NCBI GenBank assembly: GCA_019358935.1
Contig: JAHHIK010000132.1
Coordinates: 1 to 21,355 of the forward strand
DNA from: Tolypothrix carrinoi HA7290-LM1
GTDB lineage: Bacteria > Cyanobacteriota > Cyanobacteriia > Cyanobacteriales > Nostocaceae
Reading direction: 5' to 3'
DNA length: 21,355 nt
Shown here: in pieces, positions 10,494 through 18,344 of the stretch
Layout of the letters: each line of letters begins with the position of its first letter
How positions within the stretch are numbered: position 1 is the stretch's first letter
Notes under the pieces: model-generated
What the model was told of the DNA's origin: nothing
Databases searched by the model: none
Seen by the model: only the letters and a program-made list of their open reading frames with translations
Made by a program: the position numbers and the translations under genes

Positions 10494-11825
10494 ATGAAAA
10501 CTTCTGAACCCCAGGATTCATCACCAAAACCTTCAGCGCGATCGCGCCGCCTAAACCGATTGCAGCTTGGGCTGCTAGCACTCCTGCTACTGTTAGGTGG
10601 CAGTGTGCTTGTTTGGCGGACATTTACTACCGCTAGTGCCCCTGCGCCCTCTAAAATGGCTCAAGGACTGCCGCCAACTCCAGTGGAAACCGTTGCCTTG
10701 AAACGAGGCGAAGGCGTTAGACGCATCCAGTTATTAGGGCAAGTTGAGGCAACTAAAAGCGCCACGCTCCGCACCCAAACAGGAGGGACGGTGAAGCGGG
10801 TTTTTGTAGAGGTGGGCGATCGCGTCATGCCGGGAATGACGATCGCCACATTAGACGATGCAGATCAGCAGCTAGCATTGGCAGAAGCACGGGCAAAGCT
10901 GACGCAGGAGCGCAGCGAACTGGCGCGTCTGGAAGTAGGCACCCGACCGGAAATCATTTCCCAGCGTCGAGCCGAACTCGGCTCTGTCCAAGCACGAGAG
11001 CGAGAGGCGCAGCAGAATCTCAAACGTTACCAAGAGTTGGTGGCAGCAGGGGCAATCAGTGAGAAGGCACTATTAGAGGAAAAAGCTATGGTGGATGCGA
11101 CACGAGCCGAACGCTTGAAAGTAGAAGCAGCTCTAGCGGAAGCCACCGCAGGTCCTACCCGTGAAGAAATTGCCGCTCAACAAGCCAGCGTCGCCGCCGC
11201 AGTATCTGCGGTTAATCAAGCACAACTGGCTCTAGCACGGACTCAAGTCAAGGCTTTGGCAGGTGGAATTGTGCGATCGCGGGACGTGAGCGCGGGCGAT
11301 TTAGTCGAGAGTAACGATCAGCTGCTTACCTTGGTAAATAGCAACGAATTCGATGTCTTTTTGGAATTACCAGAGCAACTCAGCGGCAGCGTCACCCCCG
11401 GTTTGCCTGTAGAACTGACTGCTCGTGCTATTCCCAACTGGCGCAGACGCGCCAGGATTAGCAGCGTGGTTCCGGTTGCCAATGCAGCATCACGGCGGCA
11501 AATGGTACGGGTGCGATTGCAGAATCCACCCCAGAATTTGTTGCCCAAAATGGCGATCGCCGCAGAGCTACAGTTGCAGGTGGATCCATCTAGCTTTGTC
11601 GTTCCCCGCGATGCTCTGGTTCGGCGCGATGAAACCTGGCTAGTTTACACCGTTGCCGATGGCAAAGCAGCAGAGGTGAAGGTGAAATTAATCGTTGATA
11701 TGGGCGAAACAATGGCAATTTCTAGCAGTCAGTTGCGAGTCGGGCAACCCGTCGTGGTGCGGGGCAGTGAAGCGCTGATGCCTGGAGCGGCTGTGCAGGT
11801 TGTTGAACAAAACACGAAGCAATAA
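10494..11825 (+). CDS. RND efflux periplasmic adaptor (membrane fusion protein)
   Basis: N-terminal TM anchor, lipoyl half-motifs (GGTVKRVFVEVGDRV and GGIVRSRDVSAGDLV), long coiled coil, VVPRDAL...GQPVVVRG. Confidence 0.95.
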   Translation: MKTSEPQDSSPKPSARSRRLNRLQLGLLALLLLLGGSVLVWRTFTTASAPAPSKMAQGLPPTPVETVALKRGEGVRRIQLLGQVEATKSATLRTQTGGTVKRVFVEVGDRVMPGMTIATLDDADQQLALAEARAKLTQERSELARLEVGTRPEIISQRRAELGSVQAREREAQQNLKRYQELVAAGAISEKALLEEKAMVDATRAERLKVEAALAEATAGPTREEIAAQQASVAAAVSAVNQAQLALARTQVKALAGGIVRSRDVSAGDLVESNDQLLTLVNSNEFDVFLELPEQLSGSVTPGLPVELTARAIPNWRRRARISSVVPVANAASRRQMVRVRLQNPPQNLLPKMAIAAELQLQVDPSSFVVPRDALVRRDETWLVYTVADGKAAEVKVKLIVDMGETMAISSSQLRVGQPVVVRGSEALMPGAAVQVVEQNTKQ

Positions 11826-11827
11826 TC

Positions 11828-14800
11828 ATGAACTTCATTGAAACGTCTATCCGTTGGCGGCATGGCACCTTTGTTTTATTCTGTTTGTTGGCGATGTTTG
11901 GGTTGATCGCCCTGTTCAGATTGCCTTTGGAACTACAACCAGGAGGCGATCGCCCAGAAATTACGATTACCACACCCTACATCGGCGCAGCCCCCGCAGA
12001 AGTAGAAGATTTGATTACTCGCCCGATTGAAGATGTGTTGGAGGAAATCGAAGGCGTTGAGGAAATTACCAGCGAAAGTTTATCAGGGGTTAGCACCATT
12101 ACAATCAAGTTTGACTGGGGCACCGATGTCGATGCCCGCTTGGTCAATGTGCTGAATAAATTACAGCAGGTGGAAGAGCTACCAGAGGAAGCAGGCGAGT
12201 CGGATGTGCAGGTTGCTAGCGGCAACAACGACCCGATGATGTGGATCGTGCTAAAGCCAAAACCGGGCTATCAAACTGACCCTAACCGCTACCGCGACCT
12301 GATTGACGAAGTGATTGAACCGGCACTGCGACGAGTAGAAGGGACGAGTCGGTTCTTTATTTTCGGCGGACAGGAACGGGAAGTAGAGGTATTAGTCGAT
12401 CCGAAAGCTTTAAGCGATCGCAATCTTACCCTGACCAACATCACCGACACGCTAAGAACCAATAATCGCGATATCCGGGGCGGTCCCTTGGTGCTAGGAA
12501 AACGCGAATATCAGGTGCGAACAGTCAACCGAGCGCAAAAGTTAGATCAACTCAAAACCTTTGTCCTGCGGCGCGACGATGCCGGAACAGTCTATCTGGG
12601 CGATGTCGCTGAGGTGGAAATGGGGCGTAAGTTCGAGGACAGTGCGTTTCTGTTCAACGATGCCCCTTCTGCTGGGGTTGGCATCATCCGGCGGGTGGGA
12701 GCAAATGTGCCGCAAGTGTCTAAGGGAGTCCGAACCACATTAGCAAATTTGCAAGCACAGTTTGATCGCCAGGGTGAAGGGGTGGAGTTTGATGTTACCT
12801 ACGATGAAAGTACCTACATTGACCAGTCGGTGTCCAACGTGCGGGGCGACTTAATTACGGGTGGAGTGTTGGCGATCGCAGTATTGCTGTTGTTTTTGGG
12901 TTCGCTCCGCACCGTTGTTGTGGTTGCCATTAGCATTCCGATTGCGATGATTGTAGTGTTCACCGTCAGTGCAGTGCTGGGGCGATCGCTCAACATCATC
13001 AGTTTGGCGGCGTTGGGGTTTGCGGCGGGGATGGTAGTCGATAACGCGATCGTCGTGGTTGAAAACATCTTTACCCACATGCAGCAGGGGAAAAGTCGCC
13101 TGCAAGCGGCGATCGACGGTACCCAGGAAGTCGGTGGGGCAATTTTGGCGGCAACATTGGCAAACGTGGCAGTATTTGCGCCGCTGGTGCTGGTGACGGG
13201 TGAAGTTTCACAGTTGTTTGTGGATATGGCAATTACAATTACCGCTGCTGCTGTATTATCGATGTTTGCATCATTGACGTTGCTGCCGATGTTAGCGAGT
13301 CTGTTTCTCAACCCAGCAGAAGCACAGCAAACGTTTCAATTAGGATCTAGTGATTCCCAACTACAGATGCAAGCTAGCGGCAACTGGTTGGAGCGATCGG
13401 TGATGCAGACTTCCTTCGTGTTTCGACGACTGCAAAGCAAGTTAGAAAGCTTTTTATTGGCAACGGTAGGTTGGGCGCTAGGTCCGCGTCGGATCAAGCG
13501 CAGGTTGGCGTTGCTGTCCATTCCGATTGTGCTGCTGGCTTCTAGTATTTTCTTGCTGCCTCCAGCAGATTATTTACCAGAAGGCAACCTCAATTTTGTG
13601 TTTTGGTTAACTGAGACATTTCCCGGAACCAGTGTCCCAGAGGCAGTCAAACTGTCTGTGCCTGCCAGAGGATTTCTCAAACAGCAATCTGAAATCGCCA
13701 ACACATTTTTTGTCCACTTTCCGCAGTTTCGCGGAATTGGCATCAGCCTGAAGCCAGAATCGGCTACGGGCAGCGGGCTGGCGGAGATGGTACAACGCTT
13801 AACTCTTCAAAGCTTTGGCTATCCGGGTTATAAATTTATGTTTCCGATCCGGTTCCCCATCTTCAACGATCCGGGTAAATCGTTTGAGGTGCAAATTATT
13901 GGACCAGACCTGCAACAACTCAATCGGCTAGAGCAACAGTTGACGCAACAAATTTCAGCCTTGCCGGGAGTTGCCAATGCTCGCTCTAACTCAATTAACG
14001 GCGCTCCCCAACTGCAAGTCATTCCCAACCGCGCCCGACTTTCGGAAGTGGGTTTGTCAGAATCAGAAGTCGGGGCAATGGTCGAAGCGGCGCTGGGAGG
14101 ACGTTTTGCTTCTGAGTTTGTCGATGGCAAAGAAGAACTAGATGTGACTGTGCAGTTACAAAATGTTTTTGTCAAAACACCGGAACAGTTACGCCAGTTG
14201 TCGCTGTACAGTTCTCAAATTCCTCAAGTGCTCTTAACAGAGAATAGTCAGCAATCAATGACTACTGCTCAAGGGGGACAAGTTCAGCTTGCAGATGTGG
14301 CAACTGTGGAAGAAACAACTGGTCCAGGTGTGATTAATCATGTGGATTTAGAACGCTCTACCACTCTAACCGTCAGCCTGACTCCTAATGCACCATTAGG
14401 ACAACTTGTCAATCAGACCGAGAATAAAATTCTGGCACCATTACGAAGCAAATTGCCGCCGGAATTTCGTGTGGAACTGGCTGGATCTGCGGATCGCCTT
14501 TCAGAAACTGTGGGGCAACTTGCCTCTGCCTTTGTATTTTCGCTGATTATTACCTATTTGCTACTGGTTGCCCTTTATCGTTCATTTCTCTATCCGCTAG
14601 TGATTATGACAACGGTACCAATGGGTTTAACCGGAGCATTGCTCAGTCTGGTTATTGCCAACTGGATTCCTGGGGTGATTGTGCCCTTGGATATGATTAC
14701 CGGATTGGGGTTTTTGATTTTGACTGGAGTAGTGGTGAATAACGCCATCTTGATTGTGGAGCGAGTGCTACAACTTCAGGAGGAGGGGCAAAAGTACGAT

Positions 14801-15052
14801 GAATCGCTTTACAATGCTACTCGCGATCGCCTCCGTCCCATCTTTATGTCCGCAGGCACCAGCGTCTTGGGCATGATCCCGCTGGCAATCTTTCCAGGAC
14901 AGGGATCTGAACTATATCAAGGTCTAGGAATTGCTTTAACTGGAGGGTTAGCGTTTTCCACTATTTTGACTCCAACTGTAGTTCCCGCTTTGATGGCACT
15001 GTTGCATGATTTCTCAGGCGATCGCAGCAGCCACACGACCAGTAATAAGTAA
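11828..15052 (+). CDS. RND efflux permease (AcrB/AcrD/AcrF family)
   Basis: 1074 aa; AEVEDLITRPIE, TM4 GMVVDNAIVVVENI, GVVVNNAILIV, RLRPIFMS. Starts 2 bp after the adaptor stop. Confidence 0.97.
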   Translation: MNFIETSIRWRHGTFVLFCLLAMFGLIALFRLPLELQPGGDRPEITITTPYIGAAPAEVEDLITRPIEDVLEEIEGVEEITSESLSGVSTITIKFDWGTDVDARLVNVLNKLQQVEELPEEAGESDVQVASGNNDPMMWIVLKPKPGYQTDPNRYRDLIDEVIEPALRRVEGTSRFFIFGGQEREVEVLVDPKALSDRNLTLTNITDTLRTNNRDIRGGPLVLGKREYQVRTVNRAQKLDQLKTFVLRRDDAGTVYLGDVAEVEMGRKFEDSAFLFNDAPSAGVGIIRRVGANVPQVSKGVRTTLANLQAQFDRQGEGVEFDVTYDESTYIDQSVSNVRGDLITGGVLAIAVLLLFLGSLRTVVVVAISIPIAMIVVFTVSAVLGRSLNIISLAALGFAAGMVVDNAIVVVENIFTHMQQGKSRLQAAIDGTQEVGGAILAATLANVAVFAPLVLVTGEVSQLFVDMAITITAAAVLSMFASLTLLPMLASLFLNPAEAQQTFQLGSSDSQLQMQASGNWLERSVMQTSFVFRRLQSKLESFLLATVGWALGPRRIKRRLALLSIPIVLLASSIFLLPPADYLPEGNLNFVFWLTETFPGTSVPEAVKLSVPARGFLKQQSEIANTFFVHFPQFRGIGISLKPESATGSGLAEMVQRLTLQSFGYPGYKFMFPIRFPIFNDPGKSFEVQIIGPDLQQLNRLEQQLTQQISALPGVANARSNSINGAPQLQVIPNRARLSEVGLSESEVGAMVEAALGGRFASEFVDGKEELDVTVQLQNVFVKTPEQLRQLSLYSSQIPQVLLTENSQQSMTTAQGGQVQLADVATVEETTGPGVINHVDLERSTTLTVSLTPNAPLGQLVNQTENKILAPLRSKLPPEFRVELAGSADRLSETVGQLASAFVFSLIITYLLLVALYRSFLYPLVIMTTVPMGLTGALLSLVIANWIPGVIVPLDMITGLGFLILTGVVVNNAILIVERVLQLQEEGQKYDESLYNATRDRLRPIFMSAGTSVLGMIPLAIFPGQGSELYQGLGIALTGGLAFSTILTPTVVPALMALLHDFSGDRSSHTTSNK

Positions 15053-15167
15053 TGTTGCCACACTCGCCATTAGCTTGCTGTTAGAGTTATATCCGCCTCA
15101 TCACACTTTGAAAAATTGAAGCTGACTTTGTGGCATCAGCCGAAAGTGTGTTAGTTTTACAAAGAAA

Positions 15168-15370
15168 GGCAGAGGGCAGGAGGCAGCTATGCTGAAGGCA
15201 TTCTGTCTCCTGCCCTCTAAAAAAAAACTTTAGTTATGGGTTTAAAGCCCATTTAAAAAAAAGATGTTTTTCGAGAAAAGGAGCGCGAGGAAAAACGGTG
15301 TCCTTGCTTCAATCCCACACTTTTAAGGGTGGGTTCCTTCTGCCCTCTGCCCTCAGCATAGCTGCCTTCT
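15168..15370. mobile_element. ~200-bp MITE-like repeat bounded by GGCAGA(A/G) heptamer-derived inverted repeats
   Basis: aggaggcagctatgctgaaggca (15178-15200) matches the reverse complement of tgccctcagcatagctgccttct (15348-15370) at 21/23. Internal hairpins. Confidence 0.6.
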
Positions 15371-15382
15371 GAACGTGTCCAA

Positions 15383-15431
15383 GGGAGCGATCGCAATCAC
15401 CATGTCTGCTTGAAATTGTGCGATCGCTCCC
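15383..15431. repeat. Inverted repeat whose arms each contain a HIP1 site
   Basis: gggagcgatcgca...tgcgatcgctccc (13-bp arms). Confidence 0.7.
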
Positions 15432-15505
15432 AGCGGGTCTTTGACCACGCTAACAACTGCGTCATTGGTTTAGAAGAGAAATTAAGAGCAAATTAAAAGT
15501 TGCTG

Positions 15506-15545
15506 TATTTATGCTGTGTTACCTTTTCGTAACACAGCATAAATA
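15506..15545. promoter_or_regulatory. Perfect 17-bp inverted repeat (terminator or operator) upstream of the DUF2809 gene
   Basis: tatttatgctgtgttac-cttttc-gtaacacagcataaata. Confidence 0.55.
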
Positions 15546-15592
15546 TTATATGCCATAGTCAAACAGATGTTTATTGAACGCTATCTATTGCT

Positions 15593-15973
15593 ATGTTTAC
15601 CTTCAACAAAAAATATTTCTACTTCACACTTATACTATTTTTAATAGAGATATGTATTGCCGTTTTTATAAATGATAGTTTCATCCGTCCTTTTATGGGT
15701 GATGTTTTAGTAGTTATATTAATTTATTGCTTTGTCAGAGCTTTTTTGAATATACATTCATCCATTATCGCTTTATCAGTTTTAGTATTTTCTTGTATTA
15801 TTGAAATTCTCCAATATTTTAATTTTGTCAAGAAATTGGGATTGCAAAATAATAAGATTTTAGCTGTTGCTTTAGGAAGTACATTTGATTGGAAGGATAT
15901 AATTGCTTATACAATAGGTATCATAATAGTTCTCTGGTTAGAAAATAGAACAAACACAAAAGTAAAATGCTAA
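15593..15973 (+). CDS. DUF2809-like small membrane protein
   Basis: FIRPFMGDVLVVILIYCFVR, IEILQYF and LGSTFDWKDIIAY motifs. Very AT-rich. Confidence 0.85.
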   Translation: MFTFNKKYFYFTLILFLIEICIAVFINDSFIRPFMGDVLVVILIYCFVRAFLNIHSSIIALSVLVFSCIIEILQYFNFVKKLGLQNNKILAVALGSTFDWKDIIAYTIGIIIVLWLENRTNTKVKC

Positions 15974-16092
15974 ATTTATAGATTGTTAATTATTAGAGTA
16001 CTAAAATAAAATTAATAAGTTTTCCTTGTGCGACTTGACTTTCCTACATTACGATATTGTATAGTAACAATTTTAATGTATAAAGTTATATT

Positions 16093-16340
16093 GAAATTAC
16101 GGAGTTAACTTTTGATAAGCAAAGCGATCGCCTTTTTCTAGAACGCAAGGTAGAACGAGCATTTTATGAAGCAGGCAAAACTTTGATGGAACTACGTTCA
16201 AGGCGCTTGTATCGCTCAAATCACAGTACTTTTGAAGAGTCTTGCCGCGATGCGAAAGCCGCCACTTCGTGAACGCTTCGGGCATAGTCGGCAAAAGTCT
16301 AACTATTTGATTGCTGCCGCTGGCGTATACGATAATTTTC
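16093..16340 (+). pseudogene. Fragment of a cyanobacterial plasmid/phage-type hypothetical protein (DUF3102-like), interrupted by a 22-nt insert
   Basis: Plus-strand translation EITELTFDKQSDRLFLERKVERAFYEAGKTLMELRSRRLYRSNHSTFEESCRD / RFGHSRQKSNYLIAAAGVYDN. No start codon; frameshift at the insert. Confidence 0.7.
16252..16273. mobile_element. SDR5-like small element inserted in a HIP1 site
   Basis: GCGAT[gcgaaagccgccacttcgtgaa]CGC. Removing it restores both GCGATCGC and the reading frame. Confidence 0.75.
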
Positions 16341-16566
16341 ATTATTGATAAACTTAATCTATATATTTAGACGTATTGACAAAATATATTTTTAAGTTTT
16401 CAATAATGTCCAACTACAGGGAAGTTTTGGACGTATATTTTGGCTTCAACTACGTTTTCTAGTGAGTCGCTTGCATAAGAGCCTAGTAGCGTTTGGAAAT
16501 CCTGTGAACGGTTATAATCTTTGTAGGGAATCTTAAGCAAAAAATATCAACAGAGGTCATAATCTG

Positions 16567-17160
16567 ATGTTGAAAAATTCTCAGACACAAATTCAAAAAA
16601 CCGCACAAATTTTGACACAGGGTTTTATTGATGACCCTAGTTTTGCCTTGATTTTTGGTGAAAATGCGAATAAATTCCAGGCTTTAAATGCATTCTTTGA
16701 GCTATTCGTAACTGATGCAATGGAGCGAGGTGAAATTATTACTGCGCCAGAGGAACAAGGAGCCTGTATTTGGTATCCTGCGGAAGTAGAAATTTTTAAC
16801 GAGCAATTTGAACAAATTCTGACTGAAATTATTTCGACGATATCGGATTTTTGCGGTTGGGAATCGGGAAAACGTTTTGAAGAACTAATCAAAAAAGTTG
16901 GTGCGAGCGAACCCGAAGCTCCCCATTGCGAAGTGTTTTTTATTGCTCTCAAACCAGAAGCACGGGGAAAAGGAATTGGCGAGAGTTTGTTAAAACCAGT
17001 TCTGAATTATGCCGATACAAAAAAATTTGGTTGTTATCTTGTGTCTTATAATTCTCGTAATATCTCATTTTACAAACGGTACGGTTTTCAGGAATTTTGC
17101 CCAATTCAAATTAGTGATTCCTACTCGATGACTGGAATGTGGCGCGACTTTGTTAATTAA
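16567..17160 (+). CDS. GNAT family N-acetyltransferase
   Basis: IALKPEARGKGIGESLL (motif A) and NSRNISFYKRYGF. GAGG RBS upstream. Confidence 0.9.
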   Translation: MLKNSQTQIQKTAQILTQGFIDDPSFALIFGENANKFQALNAFFELFVTDAMERGEIITAPEEQGACIWYPAEVEIFNEQFEQILTEIISTISDFCGWESGKRFEELIKKVGASEPEAPHCEVFFIALKPEARGKGIGESLLKPVLNYADTKKFGCYLVSYNSRNISFYKRYGFQEFCPIQISDSYSMTGMWRDFVN

Positions 17161-17240
17161 GTAGATGTCACATCTTCGACTTATTGAAGGAAATTTAGTT
17201 CAAATAAATGAAAATCGACCAAATTTTTTGAGTTATTAAT

Positions 17241-17410
17241 TTATCGTCTTTTTTCTTTGAAAGCCAGTTGTGCAGTGTAACACCTTGACTTGCTTACCGC
17301 CCGCTCCTGCTGCTTCCGGAAATCCCAAGGTGCTACAGCATTTGGGTCGCTCCACATTCCAGCCAGTTTTGTCTTAGCAATCTCTTGAGCTTGGGCGATA
17401 CCATCAACGG
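17241..17410 (-). pseudogene. C-terminal fragment of a thermonuclease (SNase-like) protein
   Basis: DGIAQAQEIAKTKLAGMWSDPNAVAPWDFRKQQ resembles the SNase C-terminal A-x4-G-x-W...PW-x-F/W-R pattern. The N-terminal part is absent. Confidence 0.65.
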
Positions 17411-17599
17411 ATCGCGTAGCGTCTTTGCAGGAAAATGGAAGGCTGCGGGCATCACACTCACCGTGTCTGCTTGAAATTTTGCGATCGCCTCCGGCGGGGC
17501 GAAAGCCCATCGCACTTCAGAGCGATTAGTAGCGATCGCTCTGGGCCGTTCAAAGCGACATTGGGACAGTTTAAGTAAAAATGATGGCGATCGCTCTCG

Positions 17600-17735
17600 T
17601 ACTACCTCCGGACGCACTCTACACAACCGTTTGAATTCTTCAGTTTTGAGCTGTTTTACCTGTTGATAGGTCATATATGTTGCTCGCTCTCACCTACTTC
17701 TTCCATATAACGTATGACTTTTGCTCATAGGTCTA
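17600..17735 (-). mobile_element. Left-end remnant of an IS5-family (ISL2-like) element with about 24 transposase codons
   Basis: MTYQQVKQLKTEEFKRLCRVRPE from ATG 17674 resembles cyanobacterial IS5-type transposase N-termini. A TIR-like tagacctatgagcaaaagtc lies at 17735-17716. Confidence 0.65.
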
Positions 17736-18057
17736 TTGAAAATTAAACACACCAGTTCGCATTGCTGGGCGATCGCATCCAATCGTCGCAAAGAGTGTAT
17801 CAGCACATGTACCAACTTCCCCACCAGCATCAATGCTATGCCTGCCGATAACGAGATTAAGCCTTGACTAACCGAAGTCACAATAATCGCAACCCTAGCA
17901 AAGGAGGATTTCACCAAGATTGTAAACAACGCTCCAACTCTCGCACCGAGTAGCGTGTTATCCCCCAAGGTATCCATTAATTTGATAAATGGCTGATATT
18001 CTTCAAAAGGTTCGATTGCTTTTCTATTGTGCCAAGACCGAAGAATAATAAGCCGAA
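17736..18057 (-). pseudogene. Frameshifted internal fragment of a Na/Pi cotransporter paralog
   Basis: Across frames reads FGLLFFGLGTIEK / AIEPFEEYQPFIKLMDTLGDNTLLGARVGALFTILVKSS...AGIALML / GGEVGTCADTLFATIGCDRPAMRTGVF, colinear with the neighbouring intact transporter. Confidence 0.88.
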
Positions 18058-18153
18058 TTTTTGTCAATGCCTAAGTCCTAGGCGATCGCAACTGCTAAAT
18101 ACACACTTACATTATTAAACACTATTCAAGCAAACTTGATATTATTTGCATAA

Positions 18154-18200
18154 CATAACCTTGAATTAATCAAGCTTTAACTCTTCTGTATAACTATTGT
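18154..18200 (+). promoter_or_regulatory. Candidate SphR/PhoB Pho box with downstream -10-like element
   Basis: CATAACCT-tga-ATTAATCA-agc-TTTAACTC (three 8-mers at 11-bp period), then TATTGT at 18195-18200. Confidence 0.55.
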
Positions 18201-18344
18201 AGTAAGAAATTTGCTTGTAAAAGTTAGAGCAATACTATCTTGACTGTATCTGTTTTTAGTAAGCACAACACCTGTGTAACTCTATGTGTGGATATGGATA
18301 CACGTATTTTCCGAAGAGAAACGTAGAAATCTCAAGGAGTAACT

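Noticed and set aside
10661..14175. Multiple antisense and alternate-frame ORFs inside the RND genes
   Set aside because: Expected shadow ORFs in GC-richer coding DNA, with no recognisable motifs.
16097..16342. 81-aa minus-strand ORF
   Set aside because: Antisense shadow of the plus-strand pseudogene fragment.
16376..16407. Sigma70 promoter (TTGACA...AATAAT) for the second GNAT gene
   Set aside because: The spacing to the best -10 match is about 20 bp, too long to call confidently in AT-rich DNA.
17333..17674. 113-aa ORF as an intact transposase
   Set aside because: Only about 24 N-terminal codons are transposase-like. The rest reads through unrelated fragments and has no DDE domain.
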